NCBI GenBank assembly: GCA_030141605.1
Contig: JAQGDQ010000269.1
Location: 186,001-250,000 of the forward strand
DNA length: 64,000 nucleotides
Source: Tubiluchus corallicola
Lineage: Eukaryota > Animalia > Priapulida
Direction of reading: 5' to 3'
Every line of letters starts with the position of its first letter. The first letter of the stretch is position 1. Shown here piece after piece: positions 49,336 through 61,387 of this stretch. Both the position numbers and the translations under genes were made by a program. Below the pieces are notes generated by a model, which made no database searches, was not told the origin of the DNA, and was given only the letters and a program-made list of their open reading frames with translations.

Positions 49336-52004
49336 CAGGGTGGATTATCCTATAGACTAGTATAGGCTGCAGCCTAAGGCCCCAAGCTTTGACAAAGTCT
49401 AATAAAAAAAATTTGTTTTTCGCCACAGTTGTGTTAAAATATGTCTTACCTTACCTTAGACCTTAGTCCTTCCTGCGCATTGATGCACATTGGGCAGACA
49501 GCATTTTCCACTGAGTTCTATCGGCGGCTTCGTTCTCTACGTTTTCCCAACGTATGTTGACAGCTCGAAGGTCTTCTTTGAAGGATCTGCGCCACGTTGT
49601 TTTTGGCCGACCTCTTTTTCGTTTCCCACCAGGTGGTTCCCACTGTACTGCTGCTTTGGCGTACTTTCTGATAGACGGAGAATATGTCCAGCCAGTTTCA
49701 TTCTTCTCTCTGTAACTATATCTTGTAACCGCAATGACTGCGCTCGTTGAAGAACTTCTACATTGGTGACATGGTCGCGGTAGGAGATTTTTAGTATCTT
49801 TCGAAGGCATTTTTGGTGGAAGACGTTCAGTTTCTTTGATAACTCCGCTGTGACTTTCCAGGTTTTGCTGGCATAGAGAGCCGTTGGCAGCACAATGGCG
49901 TTGTACAGACGAAGTTTGATTTTCATGTCAATTTTCTTGCTTGTCCAGATTTTTCCCATCTTCCTAAATACTGCTGTTGCTTTGCCGATTCTCCCCCTGA
50001 TGTCATTTTCTGTACCTCCATTACAGGTCATCACACTGCCCAGATATGAAAAACTGGTAACGTTCTTAACCATTTGGCCTCCCACTGTTATATGTACATC
50101 ATTCTGTTGGTTTGTCCACACTTTCAAAACTTTGGTCTTTTCTTGACTAATTCTCAATCCAATTTTTCCCGCTACTTCTTCCATACTTGTGGTCAGTTGT
50201 TGCAGGCTTTCTTTTGATGTTTCCAGAAGAGCTATATCGTCAGCAAAGTCCAGATCTGCCAATCGTTGTTGTTGTTTCCATTGCATTCCTAGATCTTTAC
50301 CATCAACCGCCTTCTTCATGATGAAATCAATCGTCAGTAGGAACAGGAATGGCGACATAATGCAACCCTGCTTAACTCCAGTTTCGATGGTGAAATACTC
50401 GGTGTTTCCCTCTTGTGTTCTTATACAACAGCCGCTGTTTTGGTAAAAGTTCTGGATGGTTGAAATGAATTTCTGTGGGATACCATACAGAGAAGCAATT
50501 TTCCATAGAGACTGCCTGTGAACAGAGTCAAAAGCCTTCTTGAAATCAATAAAATTGATTAATAAGGGCTGTTGGAATTCCATACATTGCTCAATGATGT
50601 TTCTGAGAGTGAATATCTGTTCACAGCATGATCTTCCTTTTCTAAATCCAGCTTGTTGTTCTCTTAGTCTTATATCAACAGCATCTCTCAACCGATCTAG
50701 CAGCACTATACTCAGGACTTTTCCAGGTATTGACATCAGAGTTATTCCTCTCCAATTATTGCAATCTGTCAGGTTCCCTTTTTTAGGCAACTTCACGATG
50801 ACTCCATTTCTCCAATCTTCGGGGACCTTTTGTTGTTCCCAGCAGCTGTTCAGGAGCTTTGTCATTGATCGTGTTATCCCTTTATTACCATGTTTCAGGA
50901 GCTCAGCTGTTATTTGGTCCTCTCCAGCTGCTTTGTTGTTCTTTAGTTTTTTGATGGCAGTTTCGACTTCCAGTTCACTGATGTTGTCCAATCTTACATC
51001 TAGCTGTTGTTGACCAATTTCATTCTCAAAATTGAATAATGTTGTTGGGTTTGGCTGGTTGAGAACTTCCTTGAAGTGTTCCACCCATCGTGCGTTTTGC
51101 TGTTCTGTTGTTGTGAGAGTCACACCACTTTTGTTCTTGATTGGCACAGCTGGGGTGCCTCCTGTTCCCGTTAGATCTTTAACAATTCTGTAGAGAGTCT
51201 TGGTATCATTATGGCTGGCTGCTAACTGTGCTTCTTCACCCTTCTTTTCAAACCATTCGTTCTTGTCCCTCCTGCAACGTCTTTTTACTGCTCTATCTGC
51301 CAGTTGGTACTGCTCATTGGCTTGACTCCTGCTTTCTGGTGTTTTTGCTTGGTCTCTCATTTGCTTAGTCTTCTTTCTTTCATCAATTAATTCCCAAGTT
51401 TTTTCTTGTATCCACATTTCTTTTCTGTTACCCCTTCTTCTGCCGATCTGTTCATCTGCAACTGCTGTTACTGCTTCTTTGAATATTTTCCACTGTTCTT
51501 CAATATCGTTGGCTTGTAGTAGTGGTTCAAATTTGTTGCTAAGTGCAAGTTCAAAACTCCTTGCTTTTTGTTGGTCTTTCAGGTTTTCAACCGCAAAAGG
51601 TCTAGTGATTTTTGGCTTTTGTATCTTTTTCAGTTTGAGCTGCACTTTTCCTTGAACTAGGTGGTGGTCAGAGCCCACATCAGCTCCACGACATACTTTC
51701 ACATCTTTCAGTGCTGATCTCCATCTCTTGCTGATACAGATGTAGTCGATATCTGTGTCGATATAAATATGTGCTAATAGTGGTATTTCTTAAAAAATAT
51801 TTCCATTGACAAATGCAAACAATTATTCTAGTTTATTCAAAGAATTAGCAATAGATTTATTTCATGCTACGTAAATGTCGCTGAAATATATCACGAGTAA
51901 AAAAATATTCAACACGGCTGCAGGGCAAGTTAGAGGGTGGGTCCACCTGAGGGGATCATAATTTTCTTAGCCTAGAGGCCCCAAAAGGCCATAATCTGGA
52001 CCTA
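49336..52004. mobile_element. hAT-type MITE (CAGGGCYGGATTAT termini) split by the RTE insertion
   Basis: Left end CAGGGTGGATTATCC, right end ATAATCTGGACCTA, and a perfect 8-bp TSD GTTACGTA (49328-35, 52005-12). The flanks on both sides of the RTE align by eye to the uninterrupted copy at 53957-54318. Confidence 0.85.
49445..51764 (-). mobile_element. RTE-clade non-LTR retrotransposon (LINE), 5'-truncated, one frameshift near the C-terminus
   Basis: ORF 49537..51702 has the end of the APE endonuclease (IDYICISKRW..GADVGSDHHLV) and a full RT (PKKGNLTDCNNWRGITL, QAGFRKGRSC, FIDFKKAFDSV, GVKQGCIMSPFLF, LDFADD, FSYLGS). The RTE C-terminus (GKRKRGRPKTTW..AADRTQW) continues in another frame (ORF 49463..49810). 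There is a very short 3' UTR with a TAAGG-repeat tail. Candidate TSD AAATATGT at 49437-49444 and 51765-51772. Confidence 0.95.
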
Positions 52005-52844
52005 GTTACGTAGAAGAAGGCAATAATTTCTAGTATTAACAAGTAGTAACAAATTTTAGTTTCTCTTTGAAAACTATAGAGTACAAGCAAGGAAAAAATA
52101 AGCCTTTGCCACACTGCTTCAATAACAAATTCAAGTTCAACGACAGATTTTTATAACAGATAACTGTGTATCTCTGTTTGATCATATGCCAAGTTATGCT
52201 CACACAAAAAGTTATCTAATCACTGTCACGTTTTCCACAGTTGGGTATTAATGTTCTAGATTATTACATTAATTATATTACAGTATTTTTTTCAATTTTG
52301 TTTACTGGATGTGAATAAACATTTCAATTATTCAATAAAATGACATTTGCTGCGGCATGAACTTTAGTTCTATAAAATTACAAAACCTTTAAATTTCTAA
52401 TCAATATTGCACTGTTTTAACTGTGCCTTCTCACAAACTAGAATGATGTATCACAACTTTTACTAAACAAAAACAACCTAAGTGAAAATGGCACACTGTT
52501 TTCTATAAATTTTGTAATTTGTTTTTTGCCATTCTCTCTTCAGTAGCAACAAGAAAAATAGTACCATGAACTCATAAAATATGAACTTGTGCTACTGGCA
52601 AGTCAAAGTTCAAAGGGGAAGAAAAGGGAATTTTAAAGTTTATCTCAAAAAGCTTACCATGCAAAGCTATACTATTTAGCATCGCGCTTAGCTGCTTGAC
52701 GAAGTTTTGTAATTGGAAAAGAAAATTCATGATAATTTTAAATTTTGCGCCACTTAGTAAAACGGCACTCCCAGTGTGCACCACTCACCCACCAAAAACA
52801 CGTTATTGATCTTACTGACAAGATAAGGTAATTTACACTTTTGT

Positions 52845-53150
52845 AAAAAAAGTAAAATGCCCATAAATCTCAAAAAAATCTTTATTTTTTTCTTCAGAAG
52901 CTTTCGTTCTGTGGGACTTATGAGACTCAAAGGGTACAAAAAGCAGGAAGTAGCTGAATTAAAAACTAAATCTTCATGCTCTTTGTACAATTTATTTTAC
53001 TGACATTGTACACCTTTATTTTACGTGTAATTTCATCTGTAATTTTTCATTATTGTATCTTTCTGTGCAGCTGATGAAGTCTGAGAAGATGAAAGCTTCC
53101 GAAGAAAAAAAATAAAGAATTTTATGAGATTTATAGGCATTTTAACTTCT
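52845..53150. mobile_element. Penelope-like pseudo-LTR remnant with a partial inverted copy and a hammerhead motif
   Basis: 53091-53150 (GAAAGCTTCCGAAGAAAAAAAATAAAGAATTTTATGAGATTTATAGGCATTTTA) is the inverted counterpart of 52853-52905. CTGATGA..GAAA core at 53071-53094. Confidence 0.55.
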
Positions 53151-53731
53151 TTTACGGTTATGACCGTGGCAAACCTCAGAAGAGCACTATCTTATTTTCA
53201 AGCTAATTTACACTTTAGCTTACTTAGCAAAGAGTGTGCTATAAATGCTGTGATTATTTTTTCAAATTTTACAGTGTTATATAAACTTGTACCAAAGGAC
53301 TGGCCATTAAAATTGCTATGTCTAACGGTCATTGCGGGAATTTAGATTTACAAGTTTTGTACAGTGTTACTGCTAAAGCAAGCTCTGTATCCAATAAGAC
53401 AGCATATAAGTGATATAAAATTTCTAGACAAAACAGTTGTTTTCTTGTGCTTTAATGTTAATTTGGCTGAAGTGGTTTCACGCATGCTTTCTGTTACTCA
53501 TATAGTGTATTATTTTTAGCCAGTTCATTTAGAAAATTTGTAACAGTATAGAATGTTTATTTGTACTAACATCTGTTATGTAAATAAAGAATCATTGCTA
53601 CCGTGACAGCATCTATTAATGAAAAACAAACTAAATGATGTAATAATTTGCCAGAAATATCACGTTTTCACCAAATTTTCACCAACCCAGTAAAGATATT
53701 ATTTTACAGACAAACAATAACAATGAAAATG

Positions 53732-56700
53732 CTATTCTAATCTTTCGTCGCCTTCTGTTATGTTTTTAAGATTTAACACTTCCAGTTTACCATGACCTCT
53801 TGTGGTAGAGGTAACCAAACTATCCATCTCACGAAAACAACCGGGATCAATTAAGCATACCTAAAATGATAACAACACAAATATCATCTGTGCAATGTGC
53901 AGAACTGGGTAACAATGTAAATATGTTTGAAAAAAGTTGTTGTGGCACCTTGTCATCAGGGCTGGGTTATCCTACAGGCTAGTATGGGCTACAGCCAAGG
54001 ACCCCTAAAACTTGGTAAAAAAAATCTCGTTTTTCCGCTACAGTTGTGTTGAAATATGTAATTTGGTTTGCAATAAATGGTAAAATTGTGGAATTCTTTA
54101 AACAATATTTTTATTGACAAACAAAAGCTAACTAGTATAGTTTTCTTAAAGAGTTTATAAAAAATAAGTTTACTTCAAGCTATGTACATGTCGGTAAAAT
54201 ATATCACGAGTAAAAAATATTCAAGGCGGATGTGGGCAAGTTAGAAGATGGCCCCGTCTGAGTGAGGCCCCATAATTTCATTAGCCCAGCGGCCCCAAAA
54301 AGTCATAGTGCGACCCTGCTTGTGAATCTAAAGGCTAATTTTAAATTTTAAAATCTAAAGTGCTAAATTATAGCTTGCATTAATTGTATTGATGAGGAGT
54401 CCTGTTACGAGTGCTAAAATGTTCGTATTTGAACAAAAACCATCCATTCATATCTGTTAAATATTTAATGTTTGAAAATGTTTATGGGCCTATATTTAGT
54501 AAAGGGAAATCGAGCAAGTTTTGTAGCAAGTTTTAAAATTTTCCAAAATAAAGTTATATAAACAAGCATAATCATAAAGAAAACAAAGTGCCATTTAAGT
54601 CTCAAAAATTCTTATTTTTCACCAAGAGCTTTTGTCCTTCAAGGATTTCGTCAGGTGCAATCTATTTGTATGGCTTAGATCTTGAAAGATGTTTGAAGAT
54701 CTTGAAAGGGAAAGATAGCACTATTATTATATTATCATTGTATATATCAATACGCGAACTTATTTTTGGCATACCAGTTCTAAATCTCCCTGCCACTCTT
54801 CTGATTCGACATTAGATGCTAATTTCACAACCTTGTCTTTGATTTTCTTGGCTTCCTTCTGAGGCAGTGTAATTTTCAGCCTCATCTGTGCTCTCTCAAT
54901 GTTCATCGATGACTTCAATTTTCTAATGACTTCCAGTGCCTAGTAAAACAAAGCAATAAATCACATTTTTGATTGTACTGTCTTACAATATGTCTTAACG
55001 AAAATCTGTATATAATTAAGTTGGCAAAACAGCGTTGAACGAATCTGCAGACAAGCAAAAATCTGTGTCAGACAACTTGCCGCATACAGATTTCAAATCA
55101 CATGTGCTGTTATTATCAAGCTATTATCGTTTAGGACTAGTTTATGTCACTTTCTCTTATTTTTGTATCTTACCTGTTGCTTAGTACTTCTGTTTGGCTT
55201 CACAGAAAAGTGAACATCTTTCATTCCCCGCTCTATCACCCCTACCGTGTATGGTCGCTTCGTGTCGGAGTTCACAGTCAAGTTTGCCACAGTCGTGGCA
55301 ATGTCCCGGACGCTTGATTCAAGCTGTGCCTGTCGCTCCTTGTCCGAAACTTGTAACTCGCCTTTTGCCAATATCTGCAAAATATACAGAAGAAAGGTAT
55401 TAAACAAACTGACTGCTGCATGAAGAAATATTGCAAATAAATGTGTTACTTCATCGGCCTCTTAGTTTTCCGAGAAATGTTTGCTTTGGTTGTATTTTAG
55501 TAAAATTTGCACTCATTATCACGTTTTTTCTTGAAGATATAACATAATGCAAGGTACATTGTAATGTCTTTGGTTAACAAAATTTATTACTATAGACTTC
55601 TCATTCAGATATTCACACAATGTTGCATTAATTTTTGTAATTTTAAGTGGTAATGATCATATTTGTGCAACTTTTTATTTTTTTATTTATTTTTTATTAA
55701 TTCACTGATATAAATTAATGTTCATATAGATATTAACGATTATCTCTAAGAACATTAATTTATATCAGTGAATTAACATAGGAATGAACATAGGAAGTTT
55801 GACATGAATTCATTTCTAAAATAAATTTAAAGCCTTTGCAATACATGCTAAGGTGAGTGAGTGATGACTCATACATTTATAGTTGTAATATGTTATATCA
55901 GTCGGATAATGAATTCAGTCAGTTAATTGGGTCAAAACACTTCCACCCCAAAGTGAGTCTATTAAGCAGTGCCTACTGTAGCTAACATAGATGTCACACC
56001 TAAAACATGCTATGGCTACCGACCTTGTTCACACTGACCAGTACATTTGATACACTGCTGTTATAAAATTTATATCCAGTGACTGAACAATGTTTTCTCC
56101 TCTGTAGCTCAAGAAACAATGAACTTAAATCACATTTATATTGTTCACCTGTTTGCATATGTCCGTCTGGTTGTCTGTGCCAAATGCACGCACGAGGTCT
56201 TCCCTTTTTGCAACTTGACCTTTAGAAACGTTGACGAAGATAGTATGTGTTTGCAACACTTCATCTATATCTTTTTCTCTAAAAGCAATTACGTCACTGC
56301 ATTATGCAAAGAACTAAACTGTTGTTACAATCAACGAATCATATAAATTTCTAACAGCGCTTTCACAAAGCACAGTACGGATGTTACCACATCACAAACA
56401 TATTTTGAAAAATAAATGTATGTTGCAAAAAACAAAGCATGCCATGAAATTTTGCACTAATAAATAATTAGTTTAATAATAACAATATTATTGCCTAAAG
56501 TTTAAAAAACCTACGAACTATATTTTGAGTAGTACAATTACACAAAAGCTTAAAGGCTAACTTTGTTACATTCTACAGACACAGATTGAAATAATGAAAA
56601 GTTAAAAAGCTTCCAGGAATAAAAATGTTTTAATTTGAAGTTTAAAAACAGCAATACTTCAGGAGTCTTTGACCTCACCTGAAAGCGCATTTCATTAATG

Positions 56701-57638
56701 AGCGTAGCACTGGAAAAAGATTTAGAACGAACTAAAACGAGACTAGTTCTAGGTTGGTGGTTATCATGGTAATCAACAAAATTGCAATTAGTTTAGCACT
56801 TATCTGTTGATACTTACTCAAGCTTTTTGTGTCTATGAGTATTGTACTGTATATAAATGCATACACAATTATCATTCACTTGAGAATGGTTGCAAATAGC
56901 TAACACAGATATTGCACAGTAAAACAATAATGCTCCTGTACTCATTCATATCATATCATATGACATTTATTAGTTATCCAAAGGATATAGAACAATCCAC
57001 CTTTTGCCGCTAAACGATACGTTCTTTTGCTACTCTCTAAGACGAAGCATCTTTCAAAATTAGAGTTCCACTGAAGTCTTTCTGTGTGAAATCCATCCAT
57101 GCGAGCGATCAACCTTAGACAAGACGGTTTAGTCTAGTGGTAAAGCAACCGCTTTCCGTCTGGTAGGTTTAAGTTCAATACTGCAGCCGGGTCATAACCA
57201 AAGACTTTAAAAATGGTACCTACAGTTACCCTGCCAGGCACGTGGTATTTAGGGTGAAAGTGGGCTAATAATAATAATATATTAATATTAATAGTATACT
57301 ATAGTCTCTGTTATGTAGTTGTAGATTGTTGTTTCCACAATAAATTGAATTGAAAACGGTAATAAGTAGACTACCTTCTGATAATCTGAGCGTATACACC
57401 GTCCACTTATCTTAGTTGCTTACAACTTTTGGCCATTTTATCCGCAATAAAGATTAATGATTTGTATACATCATTACATGTGCTTATTCCTGGAAACACA
57501 AACTACTTACACTTTGTTTCGCCATTCCAAAACTTTATTTTTATAACAGGCAATCTCAAACCGCTTTCCAGTCTTCTTAATACGAACCACTGCAACATTC
57601 GTCAATCTAATTTGATTAGTCGGAGTAAAAATCGACAT
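53732..57638 (-). CDS. SBDS: Ribosome maturation factor SBDS (Shwachman-Bodian-Diamond syndrome protein), 250 aa, 5 exons
   Basis: complement(join(53732..53860,54775..54939,55174..55374,56149..56278,57511..57638)), 753 nt. Begins [36 protein letters not shown]. Includes [61 protein letters not shown] and [10 protein letters not shown], and ends EGDERLE*. Confidence 0.98.
53957..54318. mobile_element. hAT-type MITE, same family, in SBDS intron 4
   Basis: Termini CAGGGCTGGGTTAT...ATAGTGCGACCCTG, degenerate 8-bp TSD CTTGTCAT/CTTGTGAA, internal similarity to the 47.4-kb and 49.3-kb copies. Confidence 0.8.
55697..55776. repeat. 80-nt hairpin with perfect 27-bp arms
   Basis: TTAATTCACTGATATAAATTAATGTTC (55697-55723) is the exact reverse complement of 55750-55776. 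Confidence 0.93.
57123..57290 (+). mobile_element. tRNA-derived SINE (MetaSINE-like central domain) in SBDS intron 1
   Basis: A-box-like TAGTCTAGTGG, B-box-like AGTTCAATAC, then GGGTCATAACCAAAGACTTTAAAAATGGTACC..CCCTGCCAGGCAC and a (TAA)n tail. The family resemblance is from memory and was not searched. Confidence 0.6.
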
Positions 57639-60600
57639 TTTAATAAGCTTCTTAAAAAGAAGCTATAAATACTGCTGTTGCTTGTTGTTGACGTATAGTG
57701 CTTCTACCTATTGGGAATTTTGTAATTATCGATTACCATAAAATAGTTGAAACCACAGATAAATGTGTTAAATATCATTACATCAAATTTTCAGAAATAA
57801 GCTTGCAGTGCAGATGGGGGTTAAGCATAGATGATCTTTTCACCTCCCCTCAGTCTTCTCTGGAATGCTTGACTTGTGTTAACTATTCAAATAGGTGGTG
57901 GGGTTGACGGTATGATCCGGATGATGAGATCTTGTTTATGTGCAAGTGCTGAAGTGGCGATATGTTATCAATCTGCCAGTCCTTGCATGTAATCATTCAA
58001 GTTACTCATAGAGGGAGCATGTATGTATATGCATCCAAACACAGCTAAGACACCTCTGCGTTTTCAATGCCTCATCTCACAGTGTTATCCTTGATAATCA
58101 ACCAGTATGTGTTTTCTTCTCTTCTTCCCTGCCTCGTCCTAACCCAGTCTTTCCTCTTCTTTCTTGTTCTTTTAAGTCCTTTCCTGTCACTTCGCATACT
58201 GTCATTTCTCATCCCATGTCTTATTCTAGCTGTCATTCCTTGTCCTGTTATGTACATTCGACTAAGTCCAGTATTGTCTTGTCCTGCCTCCCTATCCTGT
58301 TATGTTTAGCCCTGCGGTGTTCTTGTTCTGCAACATTTCTCTTATCTTTTCGGACCTGTTTTGAGTCGTCCTGCCAAACACCACTCGGCTCTTTCTTAAC
58401 TAATCCCAGCCAGTTTCATCCTACCCTGTTTATCCTGTTCTTGATCTATTCTTGATGTATTCAACACTTTTCAAGATGATACTTGAAACGTAATAAAGCT
58501 GGTAAACTGGTTAAACAAACATAGTTTTTTATCTTGAGTTTTTTTTATCGATTTTGTTCAATGGTTTTGCAGAACCAATGCTTCCACTACATAAAGAAAT
58601 TAGAATACTATTATCTGGTCAAGTGATCATCAAATTCGAAATTATAAAGAATAATGAAAATAACATGATGACAACAACTATGGTGATAAACCAACTGCGA
58701 CAGCAAGGATAATGCCAATGGTGACAGCACAACAGCAGCAATTATTACAGTTACTATGTTATAATTTGGATAATAGATATAGTTGATTAAAGATAAACGG
58801 ATTTCAAACAAAGTTGTGGCAAAAACTTTCACTCTAATGCAGTAACTCACTTACTACTATTAGGAGACTTCAGAATTCTAGCTATTAGTATTAAATTTTC
58901 GTAAATTATTATGATACAATTACTTTAATAAACACAAATAATAGTAAGGGTAGCTGGTCAATTTTGCAGCACACAGGAAAAAATATCTCTGGTGTAGACT
59001 CTTTATGCTGCGCATGTTTTTATCCGCCAACAGTAACAATTATTATCGCTTTGAGCACGCACAATTATGTTTTTTTCAGTGTTACACACAGTGAGCTACT
59101 GAATGAATTTGTGTTCAAATCTTATAATAAATTTGGAGATACTAAAATGTTGTTGACTGGAGTTAAACTTCACAGGACAAATGTTAACTAAAATACATGT
59201 AATACCTGCATTGGATAATAAGGAAAGACCTAATTAAAAAGGTAATAAGACGTTAGAAAAGAGATGGCCAGAGAAAGGTTCTCATTTTTTTATTTGGAAC
59301 ACCTTTTTGAAATAAACTTTCTGCTTTTCCATTTTTAATGAGATCATCAAAAAATTTCAAAGTGCTATAGATAAAAAATAAAATTACTGCAACATTCATG
59401 TGAAACATTATACACAGCCTAGGTCACAAGTGTGAAGCTTGCTTCTTCTATGTGTGGAAGCATACACTGGCCTGGCAAGGCAATAATAATGAATATTCAA
59501 TTAACTACAATTTCGGTTTGACTTCCAAGAATTAATAATTATATTTTAAAAGTTCAAAAATAAAACCATGAATGTTGGACAATAATTAAATTTAAAATAT
59601 TAGACTGAGTACTATAAAGTTTGAAGTCAAGCAGAATCGGTACCTCAAGATTTGGAAGGATGCTTCCAGTAGATTATAATTAAATTTAAGAGTGTTTTAC
59701 ATAGATTTGTGAAAGAAGTTAACAACGGATTATAGTTTGCTGTGCTTACACGAGGTTATTTCCACAAAATAGACAATGGAACAGATTAAGTTAATTTACT
59801 TTAACTAGTAAATTAGAATGTTTTCTACAATATATCATAATGGTTTTCTTCTGCACTCCCCCTTCACAAGTTTTCTTATATCAATTATGTAGTTAGAAAG
59901 GTTAACAGGAAGTGCGGTTGCAGTTTTCACTAGCTTTTGTAAGACTTTTTCAAACGCAATGATTATGAAAATTATAGATAATGGACAATATACAGTTCGT
60001 CACTGTACGTGGATTTTCTAGAGCGAAGCAGCAGAACCCGAGCCACTGAATGTGCTGGTCGCTAGAGGAGTGCAAAATAAACTCAAACAGGCAACTTCAA
60101 CTGAGCGAATCAGCGCTTCGTTTACAAAATTCTGTCAGGCTGTGAAATTTAAATTTACTCAAGATTGGAATACATGTTATATATAAATGCTGCCTGTTTT
60201 ACCAATAAAACTTGAATAAAGTGACTATTAAGTGCGACATTAAAAAGTTAGTCACACGAGGTATGTATAATTCATTTGAATGAATATGTAATAGTAACTA
60301 ATACTGAATATTTACAAAGATGTCAACTATGAGTATGAGCCAATGGCAACCACATTGACAGTGAACCGAAGCAATAACAGTGACGATTACAATGATAACA
60401 GCGACAATTATTACAGGATTTACTATTTTAAAATTTTTATAACTTGGACTAGATAGCATTAGCAAATTTCCAACAAAGTAAGTTTAGCTCCAAAAGTTTT
60501 AACCTAATTCAGTTAGTATAATTTTAGTAATTATTATATATTAATTATTACTTTGTCAATTTGCTACCCTATCTCGTTGACTTTATATTTACTTTAATTA

Positions 60601-61387
60601 GCACATTTACTATTTTAATTATGTTTATATATTTTCATACATGTATTCCTATTCGTTCCTGAAATGTTACAGAGAAAAATAAACGATATGATTTGATATT
60701 AACAGCTTTTAGTAATTATTAGTAGACCTACTATTACTAAAAAGTACTATTGCTAAGCAGTGTTGTTGTTACTACTCCTAGGACTGGAGACGTGATATTA
60801 GCTAAAATTCACGTTGTCTGATATTATACAAAATAACTAGACATCATTAACACATGACTGCCGCAAAAATGTAACCTAATTATGTTGGCCTATCTTTTTT
60901 AAAAATTTGTATCTACTGATATTATCATACAAGTTTTCGTTAATTTACCAAGCATTCTAAATCATTTTTCTTACAGTTGGGTCAGCAAGGATATTTGAAA
61001 TAGTTAAGTGTGTGTGATTTCAACTTTCAAGCCAATTTTTTTAATGTACATGTATATATGCTTAAGGAAAACGGAATGCTTAATGATATTGCTTGGTGAA
61101 TACTACAAAAATTGTTTCATGAATCACGCCTTTCTTTATTTAAAGTTAAAAGAAAACTTATACATCATTTGCAGAAATTAGAAATTCTGTTCAAATTTTT
61201 TTTAGCCAATCAGTCTTACCCCAGAATTTTTTTCCTGGTCATGACTACGTGCTTAGTGATATCACTTGGTGATATAAGCTAGGTATATACTATAAGCTAT
61301 ATTATGTGGAACAGTTACAGTGTTGAGTCATTTCTTTTTTGAACTAAACTGTCAAAGCTGACTTCAACCCATGTGAATCTTTATAGG

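Noticed and set aside
49490-51013. Plus-strand ORFs of 83-157 aa
   Set aside because: They are antisense shadows of the RTE ORF.
57950-58500. Possible Penelope GIY-YIG/3' remnant and pyrimidine-rich ORFs (58067-58455)
   Set aside because: Too degenerate to support by eye. The ORFs are low-complexity CT-rich translations.
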